From a virus, in IMG/VR virus record IMGVR_UViG_3300048851_000040, positions 1 to 42,018 of that record: a stretch of DNA of 42,018 nucleotides; one strand, given 5' to 3'. Positions 1-7,500 of this stretch are shown piece by piece. A program made the translations under genes and the position numbers. The stretch's first letter is position 1. Each line of letters starts with the position of its first letter. A model generated the notes under the pieces. The model saw nothing but the letters and a program-made list of their open reading frames with translations. It was not told the origin of the DNA and ran no database searches.

Positions 1-127
1 CAGTTCACTGACATCTTGCGTCCCAATGAAATGCTCTGTCCGGGCTACCTGCAGATTGTTGGAACTCGTCCGGGCACCCGCTAATGTGAACTGCATCTCA
101 CCGCGAGATCCAACGACCTGCAGCGGA
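1..127. repeat. Terminal overlap copy 1 (identical to 41892..42018)
   Basis: Direct reading: cagttcactgacatcttgcg...caacgacctgcagcgga occurs at both ends. It lies inside a minus-strand ORF, so it marks circular closure rather than a physical DNA end. Confidence 0.9.
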
Positions 128-197
128 ATGGCCAGAGATTCCTCGGGCGCCCCCTGCGCTAGGGCAGCATCCCATAAGCCGAGGCTAATACCGATCA

Positions 198-458
198 TCA
201 CCAGACCGCTACTATACCGGTGGCCGTGGTCCCCGTCGCCCGAACGCGAGAGACGGCCAACGGGTGAATGCCCGCCTGAACGGCGAATGTCACCGTCTGA
301 CCGCCGCGCATGACCACGCTCATGTTCCCGGCAACGCCGACATACAGGGCTCGGGATACATGAGTGAGATCCGCGCTGTCGCTGGGAGTAACGACCTCGG
401 CATTCGATGCAGGGCCAACGATATCGATGTCGGCGCCATATGGGTTTGATGCTGGCAT
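198..458 (-). CDS. Small beta-rich virion protein, head-spike-base-like
   Basis: 86 aa from ATG at 458, with AGGAG 8 nt upstream; the track start at 485 is TTG. The C-terminal ...YVGVAGNMSVVMRGGQTVTFAVQAGIHPLAVSRVRATGTTATGIVAVW resembles small head-spike base proteins of Rhodobacter GTA-type particles (recalled, not searched). Its stop overlaps an in-frame ATG at 198..196 that starts the next gene. Confidence 0.6.
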   Translation of the reverse strand: MPASNPYGADIDIVGPASNAEVVTPSDSADLTHVSRALYVGVAGNMSVVMRGGQTVTFAVQAGIHPLAVSRVRATGTTATGIVAVW

Positions 459-469
459 TGGCTGTACTC

Positions 470-1828
470 CTAGTACGTGATCCAATCGCCAGCGTCTGCC
501 GGCTCACGAGCGGGGCGATAATCCTGATTGATCTTCTTTTCCGGTGGCTCTTCCTTGGCGGCTTCACGCCATGCAAGGCCGAGATAGCGGAAGGCAGAGC
601 CGATATGTTCCGCCCAATCCTTCACGGGGTTTTCCCGAAAGGTCTTGAGTTCGTCATCCCATTCACGGCGATAGTTCTTCAGGCCGTTTGTGCCGAGTTC
701 CATGCGAACGCCGCGCTCATCGTCGCCCTTGTGGAACCGGGCGACCTTGATCGTCTCGCGGCCTGCTGTCAGGCCATCGGCGACAGAAACCTTGCCTACC
801 CGGCACGGCTTGCGCTTGAGCGAGTGCAGGATCTCGATCCTGGTTCGCTTTGATCCCCATTCCGTGTACATCGCATCGTGAGGAACGTAGTCGTTGCCGT
901 GATAGCCGCGCTCGTCCAGCCACTTGCACCAGTCCGAAACGTCTTCCGACTCCGGCCGGTAGAAGTCCACGATGCGCGGCGCGCCCTTGATGACCTGGAA
1001 ACACCAGATCGGATTGTTGACCGCCTTGCCAAGGTCCCATGCCGTATGAACCGGATAACGCTTGTCGATCTCGACTTCGGTCATGCGGCCCTGGCGTTCA
1101 GCCAGAGCCATCTCAGCGCCCCAGTAGGCCCCGACCATCGCGCCAGCGAAGGAGCAGTAGTATTCCTGCTCGAACATCGCCCGACCAAGCTCGATGCCGA
1201 ACATGTCCTGGTATTCAGCCAGGCTTTCCGCCAACTGCGCAGGGGTTAGAGCGCCCGTCTCCGTAATGCTGGACAATTCAGCGAACCAGTTGTCATTGCC
1301 AACCGCCCGATCGTACATCGTCTTGGCGTGGTTGTTGCCGCGGGGCGTGGTGATGAACGCTGCCGTTCCACCCGACTCCTCAATCATCGGCTTGTGATAG
1401 GCCCAGGCTGCAGGATTGCAGAGCGCCCATTCCGAATAAGCTATCCCGACAGGACCAGACCCTACCGTGGCATCATATCGATCGGACCCAAGGAGCTGCC
1501 ATGTGGAGCCCCAGACCGTTTCGATGAACATGTCGTTGTCATTGACGCGCTTGCGGATCTCCGGCGGGAATGCCTCGTCGATCCTTCGCTTGCCAGTGTG
1601 TCCGTTAACCCCGTTCCAGATCGCCTTCCGGGCCTGAGCATATTCCGGGAAGCAATGCCAGTATGTGCCAACCCGCTTCTGTGAAAGCTCACGAAACCCG
1701 TTGAGGACGATCTCATCCTTGCCCCAGCGTCGATGCGCAATCTCGATCAGCCGCTTTTTCTTCTGGTTGACCAGAGCCTCGTGAAAGCCGCGCTGATACC
1801 AGCGAACCCGGAATTGGTATTCAGCCAT
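470..1828 (-). CDS. terL: Terminase large subunit
   Basis: 452 aa. N-terminal ATPase region (..IEIAHRRWGKDEI..) and C-terminal nuclease region typical of phage TerL. Preceded by a small-subunit candidate and followed by virion genes. Confidence 0.9.
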   Translation of the reverse strand: MAEYQFRVRWYQRGFHEALVNQKKKRLIEIAHRRWGKDEIVLNGFRELSQKRVGTYWHCFPEYAQARKAIWNGVNGHTGKRRIDEAFPPEIRKRVNDNDMFIETVWGSTWQLLGSDRYDATVGSGPVGIAYSEWALCNPAAWAYHKPMIEESGGTAAFITTPRGNNHAKTMYDRAVGNDNWFAELSSITETGALTPAQLAESLAEYQDMFGIELGRAMFEQEYYCSFAGAMVGAYWGAEMALAERQGRMTEVEIDKRYPVHTAWDLGKAVNNPIWCFQVIKGAPRIVDFYRPESEDVSDWCKWLDERGYHGNDYVPHDAMYTEWGSKRTRIEILHSLKRKPCRVGKVSVADGLTAGRETIKVARFHKGDDERGVRMELGTNGLKNYRREWDDELKTFRENPVKDWAEHIGSAFRYLGLAWREAAKEEPPEKKINQDYRPAREPADAGDWITY

Positions 1829-2117
1829 TCTTGTCGGGGATTGCTTCGTAGATGGTCTTGAACGTCACGGCCAATTCGCCGTTGACACTGGCGTCAACCT
1901 GCATCGGGAGGACCTTGCCGAGAAGCGCTAGAAACGGGCCCGGGTTTTCGGTGGCCTGCTGTTCCAGGTAGGAGATCAAGCCTTCATTGCCGATTTTGTC
2001 GCCGGCCTTTTCGGCAGCCTGCAGAATGGCATCCTTGAGCAGCGCAGTCGTTTTGTTCACCGCGCCCTTTGGTCTACCCATTCCAGCGCGTGGTGGCTTC
2101 CTAGCTGTATCAGACAC
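1821..2117 (-). CDS. Putative terminase small subunit / DNA-binding packaging protein
   Basis: 98 aa with a basic N-terminus (GRPKGAVNKTT) and ...FLALLGKVLP. Overlaps the terL start by 8 nt, in the position typical for TerS. Confidence 0.5.
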   Translation of the reverse strand: MSDTARKPPRAGMGRPKGAVNKTTALLKDAILQAAEKAGDKIGNEGLISYLEQQATENPGPFLALLGKVLPMQVDASVNGELAVTFKTIYEAIPDKNG

Positions 2118-2335
2118 TATTTTACTCGTTCGGCTTTCAGAGCATCGACCTCTTGCCGAAGCTCCCGGATCAATTCACCAGCGCGCTTGAGTTCCTGAAA
2201 AACAATCCAGCCGTCGCCGTGAACCGTCCAGTCGGGATACGCATAAGCAGTCCCGTCAATGGCGCTCACGTAGGCAGGCCTCGACTCCTGATAGCCGTGC
2301 GCCTGGATTTGGAGATCGGTGACGCGGGTACTCAT
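2117..2335 (-). CDS. Hypothetical protein
   Basis: 72 aa from the internal ATG (MSTRVTDLQ...). Its start overlaps the upstream stop by 1 nt (TGATG) and its stop overlaps the next start. Confidence 0.55.
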   Translation of the reverse strand: MSTRVTDLQIQAHGYQESRPAYVSAIDGTAYAYPDWTVHGDGWIVFQELKRAGELIRELRQEVDALKAERVK

Positions 2336-2532
2336 CAGATTGAGACTCCGATCAAAGCCAGCGCCCTGACCACGATGATGATCACCGCAATGACGAGGAC
2401 GACGTATTCCGCCCATGACTTGAACGGCTCCTCGATCATGGGAGCACGGCGGATGAGGAACACGACCAGACCGGCGACGAGCGCCACGATCAGGATCACG
2501 ATAAGCAAGCCTATCAGGCCAGATACGGGCAT
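2335..2532 (-). CDS. Small two-TM membrane protein (holin-like candidate)
   Basis: 65 aa: MPVSGLIGLLIVILIVALVAGLVVFLIRRAPMIEEPFKSWAEYVVLVIAVIIIVVRALALIGVSI. AAGGAGG sits 5 nt upstream of the ATG at 2532. Two clear hydrophobic helices. Confidence 0.7.
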   Translation of the reverse strand: MPVSGLIGLLIVILIVALVAGLVVFLIRRAPMIEEPFKSWAEYVVLVIAVIIIVVRALALIGVSI

Positions 2533-2608
2533 TTCAGCCTCCTTTGGAATTTGGTTCCACGCTTCCCGATACAGGCCCGAGATTTTTGATACTTGCTGGA
2601 ATGGAATT

Positions 2609-2737
2609 CTACGGTTTCGGCCCATAAAGCACCGGCAACCACGCCATGAAGCCCGCAAAGGCCACGATCGCCGCGAAGATGATCAGCTTGCACGCTGTCT
2701 TGAATGGCTCGTGACGCCATCGGTAGCGCCAGTTCAC
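2609..2737 (-). CDS. Tiny single-TM membrane protein (42 aa, GTG start)
   Basis: Below the track cutoff. The GTG overlaps the upstream TGA (GTGA). Product: VNWRYRWRHEPFKTACKLIIFAAIVAFAGFMAWLPVLYGPKP. Confidence 0.4.
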   Translation of the reverse strand: MNWRYRWRHEPFKTACKLIIFAAIVAFAGFMAWLPVLYGPKP

Positions 2738-2823
2738 CAGATCCAGCCGTAGAAGTAGATGGCTCCTGCAGCCAGGAGGGCTGTGATTGTGTAGAGAAGA
2801 GCTTGTTCAAGCCTTGGAGGCAT
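2734..2823 (-). CDS. Tiny single-TM membrane protein (29 aa)
   Basis: MPPRLEQALLYTITALLAAGAIYFYGWIW, with AGGAGG 9 nt upstream of the ATG at 2823. Confidence 0.5.
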   Translation of the reverse strand: MPPRLEQALLYTITALLAAGAIYFYGWIW

Positions 2824-2849
2824 GGAGATGGCCTCCTGCGTGTCGAAAT

Positions 2850-3056
2850 TCAGCCCGTAATGAACTGCTTGAGAGCAATACGGCGCGTGAGAAACGATAT
2901 GTTCCTTAGCGAGAGCGCAAGTTTGAGGCATTCCATGCGGCTTGCCCTCTTACAGCCGGGGACCAATCGCCACGTTTCACCGGGCATCAGGTCTCCACCC
3001 TCTCTCCACAGCGGAGCGTCCCATGTGCCCATCGGCCATTCGTTCTGATCGCTCAT
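2850..3056 (-). CDS. Hypothetical protein, first ORF of late operon
   Basis: 68 aa from the internal ATG (MSDQNEWPMGTWDAPLW...), preceded by GGCGGAGATC. Confidence 0.5.
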   Translation of the reverse strand: MSDQNEWPMGTWDAPLWREGGDLMPGETWRLVPGCKRASRMECLKLALSLRNISFLTRRIALKQFITG

Positions 3057-3616
3057 GATCTCCGCCTTTCGGCTGTGTAATTGTTGCCCGATAACCACCC
3101 ATTTCGGTGCCGAATGGTGCAAATCCCTCAGAGAGCCCGCAACGGGGAGGACGAGCCTAACTCTCTATGGTCTTCGTGGTCTTGTGAACGGCGGTTAAGC
3201 CCTTGCCGTCGTAGCTTCGAATGGGCTCGGGAAGGACGGGCATCGCACCCATCTTTCTACAACGCTCAGACCAGGAGGTCTTATCAAGCTTAGCTGGCGC
3301 TTCCCCGTGTCTTTCCACGGCGCCTTCCCGATATCTACCGCTTATGCGGCTTTGTTTGGCTCGGGAGCCTCGACTTGCACGAGGTACGGAGTATTGCCGG
3401 CCGGACTAGGCTCACTCCCGATTGGCTTTGGAATGGCGAAACCCGCGATCTTGCCTATTGTGCCCAGGGGCTTTGTCGGCAAGCAACATTCCAAACTCGA
3501 AATTTAGGCGGTCTTTTCCCAAGTGTTCGGGAGAACTACTCCCAAACGCTGAGCCGTGCCGAGGCCGCCGCCGCCCAAATCAGTTGCAGGAAATCTATAG
3601 CAGTTCCCCTGCGTTT
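3057..3616 (-). promoter_or_regulatory. 560-bp ORF-free, hairpin-dense leader between the NusG-like gene and the late operon (candidate late promoter / antitermination target or ncRNA)
   Basis: No minus-strand ORF of 60 aa or more. The plus-strand ORFs here are antisense shadows. Example helices: 3096..3119; 3130..3135 with 3161..3166; 3362..3367 with 3415..3420, enclosing 3368..3384. Confidence 0.4.
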
Positions 3617-4201
3617 TCAAGCGGCTGTACCAAGCTTATCCAGTACCACTGTGAAGTTACCTGCGATGTCAAGCTTTTCTGCCAACTTCTTGAGTCGTGG
3701 GTCCGTTCTGGCATTTTTGCGGAGTGTCTGACGGGCCATTCTGGAGCGCTTGTCGAACTCGACTTCTGCGTCAGCTTCGGCGGATCGGACAGCCAGGATA
3801 TCCAGAAAATCTATAGCCACCGGGTCTCCATTCGCATCTCTGACGACGCCCGCAATACCCGGGACGGCACCGAGCTTGGTGAAGTCGCCCGGATCACGGA
3901 TGAAGATGTAGCCGACCATGAGCGCAAACCTGCGAACCTTCCACAGGTCAGTGTGCCGACGATCCCGAACGAGGCGCTTCTCGGCCGGCATCCAGTATTC
4001 GAATCCAGCCAGCGTCAGGGCGCGCTCTACTGCCGACTGGTTGGGATTGAGGCTTGGGACGATGCGATAGCCCTTCCCTCGTGGCTTGCCGTCCTTGTCG
4101 AGCGTGGTCGTCTCTACGGCATATTCCCTCTGGGGCTTCTGAGCGCCTGGGGTTGTCTTTGCCGCGTACCAGTAATGATCATGCGCCGCCGCCATTTTCA
4201 T
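3617..4201 (-). CDS. NusG/RfaH-like (NGN domain only) transcription antitermination-type protein
   Basis: 194 aa. WYAAKT...[14 protein letters not shown]...[10 protein letters not shown]...[19 protein letters not shown] matches the NGN-domain pattern. No KOW-like C-terminus is visible. Confidence 0.7.
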   Translation of the reverse strand: MKMAAAHDHYWYAAKTTPGAQKPQREYAVETTTLDKDGKPRGKGYRIVPSLNPNQSAVERALTLAGFEYWMPAEKRLVRDRRHTDLWKVRRFALMVGYIFIRDPGDFTKLGAVPGIAGVVRDANGDPVAIDFLDILAVRSAEADAEVEFDKRSRMARQTLRKNARTDPRLKKLAEKLDIAGNFTVVLDKLGTAA

Positions 4202-4563
4202 TTTCTCTTCCGCCTATTTTGAGCCTGCTGAAGCATAGTCGCCCATCTACAATTTGATGGGCTATAGTTGCCGTCGTTGTCGATCCGATCCAATGTTAAC
4301 TCATCGGTGTACCCCGCTGTGGAAGCCCATTCTGAGAATGCTTCGAAGGAGGACTGCCATATGGGGAAAACAGAAATCCCGCGTCCTCCGTAGTGCTTGA
4401 AGTCCTTATTATTCGGCTTGGAGCAGCGGACGCGCATATTTACCCAAATTCGATAAAGTCTAGTTTTCCGCTGGCCGTGGGTTCGAGCTCTGTTGCCAGT
4501 ACTTTCTCTCATCAGGCACCCACAGGATCTACTAGCCCCAGACGAGAGAGAAATACCTTGCAC
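4198..4563 (-). CDS. Phage DNA-binding protein of the YGGRGI / LDRIDN..NY.P.NCRWAT type (AP2/HNH-associated-like)
   Basis: [31 protein letters not shown]...[21 protein letters not shown]...NRR. The start is uncertain (GTG at 4563 or ATG at 4512). GC is lower than in neighbouring genes. Confidence 0.65.
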   Translation of the reverse strand: MQGISLSSGASRSCGCLMRESTGNRARTHGQRKTRLYRIWVNMRVRCSKPNNKDFKHYGGRGISVFPIWQSSFEAFSEWASTAGYTDELTLDRIDNDGNYSPSNCRWATMLQQAQNRRKRK

Positions 4564-4651
4564 TAGGGCGGTATTCCCGCAGTCGCACTGGCATATCCAT
4601 CGTGCGACGGGGCGGCGGCTATTCTAACCCGCCTCTCAGTCCAAAAATCCC

Positions 4652-5230
4652 TTACCTGCCGCATGCTGCGCTCCTTATGGCTTCGATCCTACGCACCGCA
4701 TGCAGGACGGTCGTGTGATCCCTGCCGCCGAACCATCGGCCAATGGCGGGATGCGACATGTCCTTGCGCTGATGGTAGACCTCGTACATCGCGAGGTGGC
4801 GGATATAGGTGATGTCGCGGCGCCGATGAGCGCCCTTCAAGTCGGCGACAGTGATGCCAGGATGCTCGGTCAGAACCTCGATGACGATATCCAGAACGGT
4901 CTTACGCTGCTCAAACTCAGCTAGATCAAGGATCTCCGGATCAGCGTTCATGTCCTGCATCAGCAAATATCGGCGCCAAGCGATGACGTGGTTGTTGAAA
5001 GATGTCGGGTGCATTTCCCAGATGTTGGAATAGTCGCGCTTTATCGGAGCGGGCGGCTTCACCTTGTAGACATACCGATGTTTCACGACTGGCGGCACGG
5101 GGGCTGCAGGAACCTCGATCACCGAAACCGGCTCGGCAATCGCCTTTACGGGCGTGAAGAACTTCCGATGGACGGCATTGGCATGTGCGATGCACTCTGC
5201 TGCTGATGTGAACTCACGAACTGCGATCAT
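4652..5230 (-). CDS. DnaA domain-IV-like HTH protein
   Basis: The C-terminal RRRDITYIRHLAMYEVYH...SHPAIGRWFGGRDHTTVLHAVRRIE matches the DnaA C-terminal DNA-binding domain. No AAA+ region. Confidence 0.75.
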   Translation of the reverse strand: MIAVREFTSAAECIAHANAVHRKFFTPVKAIAEPVSVIEVPAAPVPPVVKHRYVYKVKPPAPIKRDYSNIWEMHPTSFNNHVIAWRRYLLMQDMNADPEILDLAEFEQRKTVLDIVIEVLTEHPGITVADLKGAHRRRDITYIRHLAMYEVYHQRKDMSHPAIGRWFGGRDHTTVLHAVRRIEAIRSAACGR

Positions 5231-5421
5231 TCTGCTGATACCTTCCTATTCGCACTGCCAATCGGCCCGTAGACTTCAGACAATGCCCATTTGAACACGC
5301 TGCCGGCCGGATACTGCTTGCGCTTGGTGTTGGTGTTGAACTGCTCAAGACTGGTGGCCTCGATGAAGGCGCGGCGGTCTTTACGGACCTCTTGAAGCTG
5401 GCGCTCTTTGTAGTCGATCAT
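5227..5421 (-). CDS. Hypothetical protein
   Basis: 64 aa from the ATG in an ATGA overlap with the upstream stop (MIDYKERQLQEV...). Confidence 0.5.
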   Translation of the reverse strand: MIDYKERQLQEVRKDRRAFIEATSLEQFNTNTKRKQYPAGSVFKWALSEVYGPIGSANRKVSAE

Positions 5422-5819
5422 GCCGTTCTCCAGCAGATGCAATCTTTCGGGTGACGCGGGCAGCGTTCCTCAGGGTCATCGAAGCCCTCGCAGTTCTCCG
5501 GGCGGTCCCTAAGAGCTTCAACCGGCTTGGAGGCCTGTGGGTCTTTCGGGGTTTCTCGTCTGGACCGCGCTACTGAAAACCCTTGTTCGCTTTGGCCGGA
5601 GTTCCATTTCAGATGATTGCGCCCGTAGGCGACCCAGAGCGCGAGGTTCATGGGCAGAAGGCCCCACGATGCCGTTGCGATGATCCAGACCAGCCAGAGG
5701 GCCTGATTTGCCAGACCGAAAAGCCAAGCGTTCCGAGACTTGTTGCCGGCCAGCACGGTCATGTAGATCGTGATCGCGGACAGCAGCCACGGGAGGTAGA
5801 TGCGGATGGTCTCGCTCAT
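5418..5819 (-). CDS. Membrane protein (about 3 TM) with hydrophilic tail
   Basis: MSETIRIYLPWLLSAITIYMTVLAGNKSRNAWLFGLANQALWLVWIIATASWGLLPMNLALWVAYG... Confidence 0.6.
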   Translation of the reverse strand: MSETIRIYLPWLLSAITIYMTVLAGNKSRNAWLFGLANQALWLVWIIATASWGLLPMNLALWVAYGRNHLKWNSGQSEQGFSVARSRRETPKDPQASKPVEALRDRPENCEGFDDPEERCPRHPKDCICWRTA

Positions 5820-6220
5820 CAGTTCGCCCTCATGCCCGCTGCTGTCCGTCGTGCCATCTCGGCAAGCTGGCGGCGGCGCTCTGGGTCTATCGCTGCTGAT
5901 GCGGGTTCATCATTGGCAGGCTTGGGAGCGCCATAGTTGGCAGCGAGCCGCGGTGTCGGGTGGTTCTGGTCGGTGAACCGGCTTTCCTTCCGCGCCCAAT
6001 CGCTGCGGAAATCTATCCAGCCCTTGGCGACGTGGATCTCTGCCGCCTGCTCTGGATTGCCGAATTCCCGGTATTGGGCGACGAGCCGATTGGCGATACG
6101 GGCCGTGGATACCAGCTTGCGCTTCTGTCGCGCCTTGATGATGCTCTCTGCCAGATCGGCCGGGATAGCCGAGCACAGGATTTCGAAACATGCCTTCTCG
6201 TCTGCGTCCATCTTGATCAT
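5819..6220 (-). CDS. Hypothetical protein
   Basis: The start is taken at the ATGA overlap with the rusA stop (MIKMDADEKACFEIL...). Confidence 0.55.
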   Translation of the reverse strand: MIKMDADEKACFEILCSAIPADLAESIIKARQKRKLVSTARIANRLVAQYREFGNPEQAAEIHVAKGWIDFRSDWARKESRFTDQNHPTPRLAANYGAPKPANDEPASAAIDPERRRQLAEMARRTAAGMRAN

Positions 6221-6582
6221 GCTTCTTCCTCGTTCCATTCAAGTTCGACCTTCACCATGCCGCCCTTCTCGATCGGGCCGCGTGGCGCTATGGAGATCTG
6301 CCATTTGCTGTCATCGACGCCGATCGCCGCAGCAATCCCATCAGCGTAGGCCTTGAGGCTCGCTATGATGTTGTCCTGGTCGTACAGGCGGCGGCTCGGA
6401 GGGTAGAAGACATACCGGACGGAAAGGCTCTTTGCGTCGATCGCGCCTATGCCTGCTTCCTGAACGGTGTAATATGCGGTTCGCTTGGCGCTCTTCTTCG
6501 CCTTGGCAAGTGGCGCCCAATGAACGCGGGCGTTCGGGCTTAGCTTCTTGTCTGGCCATGGGAGGAAGAACTCGGCGTTCAT
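6217..6582 (-). CDS. rusA: RusA-family Holliday junction resolvase
   Basis: MNAEFFLPWPDKKLSPNARVHW...YDQDNIIASLKAYADGIA, a typical RusA pattern. ATGA overlap with the upstream gene. Confidence 0.8.
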   Translation of the reverse strand: MNAEFFLPWPDKKLSPNARVHWAPLAKAKKSAKRTAYYTVQEAGIGAIDAKSLSVRYVFYPPSRRLYDQDNIIASLKAYADGIAAAIGVDDSKWQISIAPRGPIEKGGMVKVELEWNEEEA

Positions 6583-6809
6583 CGGTTCCACCCTCCCCAG
6601 CTTTCAAAGCTCTCTCTCGCCTTCTCCCGTGAATGACGGTACGGTTCCGTCTTCTGCTCACCCATCGATGCCAAGGCGTTGTAGATGACGCTCTCATGCA
6701 CCTTGAGCTTTCTGGCGATGTCGTAGGTGTCGAGGCCCTCTCCCCAGAGATCGAGGATGCGGGCGTGGTCGGTGACTGTCTTCTCTGTCGTGGATATGAG
6801 CCTGGTCAC
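6579..6809 (-). CDS. Small HTH DNA-binding protein
   Basis: 76 aa. ..ILDLWGEGLDTYDIARKLKVHESVIYNAL is a resolvase/Hin-type HTH pattern. Confidence 0.55.
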   Translation of the reverse strand: MTRLISTTEKTVTDHARILDLWGEGLDTYDIARKLKVHESVIYNALASMGEQKTEPYRHSREKARESFESWGGWNR

Positions 6810-7468
6810 TCGGCAGCCTCCAAAATGGCGTTCCGTTGCGCTGTGCGGGCGATTGAGATCAGAAGGTCCCTGAACTCTTCAGGGGTGCCGATCCGCGGCG
6901 AACTGTCAGTGCCGCCACCGCGGGCGCCAACTTCGCCGAGGCGCTTTGCTCTCTGCAGCCCCATGCGCTCGACCACGGCCGGGTCAAGGTTGGCTTCCCT
7001 GTATCCCCATCTCAGAGAGGGGAGGTCTTTGACCCCATAGACCACTAGCAGGGTCGGCTTGCGCGCATAGTGGCCATACTGCCCCTGCTCGACGCAGCAG
7101 GTCCAACCGCCATGATAGTCGGCCATGATCCAGCCGCCGGCGCGATCGGGCGTGTTCAGGTCGAAATGCGGCCACGCAAGAGAGCCCCATGGGTGCTCGA
7201 TAACGCCGCCGTAGGTTCGTGCGGCATGCAACGCAGCCTTGAAGCACCCGCCGTCATCACCGAGTTTCTTGCGCTCTCCCGTAAGCTTCACGGTCAGCGG
7301 CTGGCCGAACCACATCTTTCCCCAACGCGGGCAAGGTGGGTGAGCGACGACCGGCCAAGGCCCGTCATACTGCCTGGCGTCCCGCTCTTCATCCCAAGGG
7401 TCTACGCCCTCAAGCCCGAAGTAGGACCCGCCTTTCTGCACGTAGAGAGCTGATACTGTCATCCGCAT
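6806..7468 (-). CDS. C5-cytosine-methyltransferase-like protein (PPC and EHP motifs) lacking an obvious AdoMet motif I
   Basis: VVAHPPCPRWG (motif IV-like), GGVIEHPWGS (ENV-like), GHYARKPT, TPEEFRDLL. No FxGxG near the N-terminus. Confidence 0.5.
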   Translation of the reverse strand: MRMTVSALYVQKGGSYFGLEGVDPWDEERDARQYDGPWPVVAHPPCPRWGKMWFGQPLTVKLTGERKKLGDDGGCFKAALHAARTYGGVIEHPWGSLAWPHFDLNTPDRAGGWIMADYHGGWTCCVEQGQYGHYARKPTLLVVYGVKDLPSLRWGYREANLDPAVVERMGLQRAKRLGEVGARGGGTDSSPRIGTPEEFRDLLISIARTAQRNAILEAAE

Positions 7469-7500
7469 GCGCCTCGTTGATATGAAGGGGTAGAGGGGGT

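Noticed and set aside
1-127. The end repeat as a genuine T7-like direct terminal repeat.
   Set aside because: It sits in the middle of an open reading frame that continues across the junction, and its length equals a common assembler k-mer. It cannot be fully excluded without reads.
3422-4222. 266-aa plus-strand ORF spanning the leader and the NusG-like gene.
   Set aside because: It is antisense to a recognisable NGN-domain gene. The composition is Ser/Arg/Cys/Pro-rich and there is no RBS. Treated as a shadow ORF.
4477-4490. GTGGGTTCGAGCTC, a tRNA T-arm-like motif.
   Set aside because: It lies inside a coding frame, and no acceptor, D-arm or anticodon arm can be folded around it.
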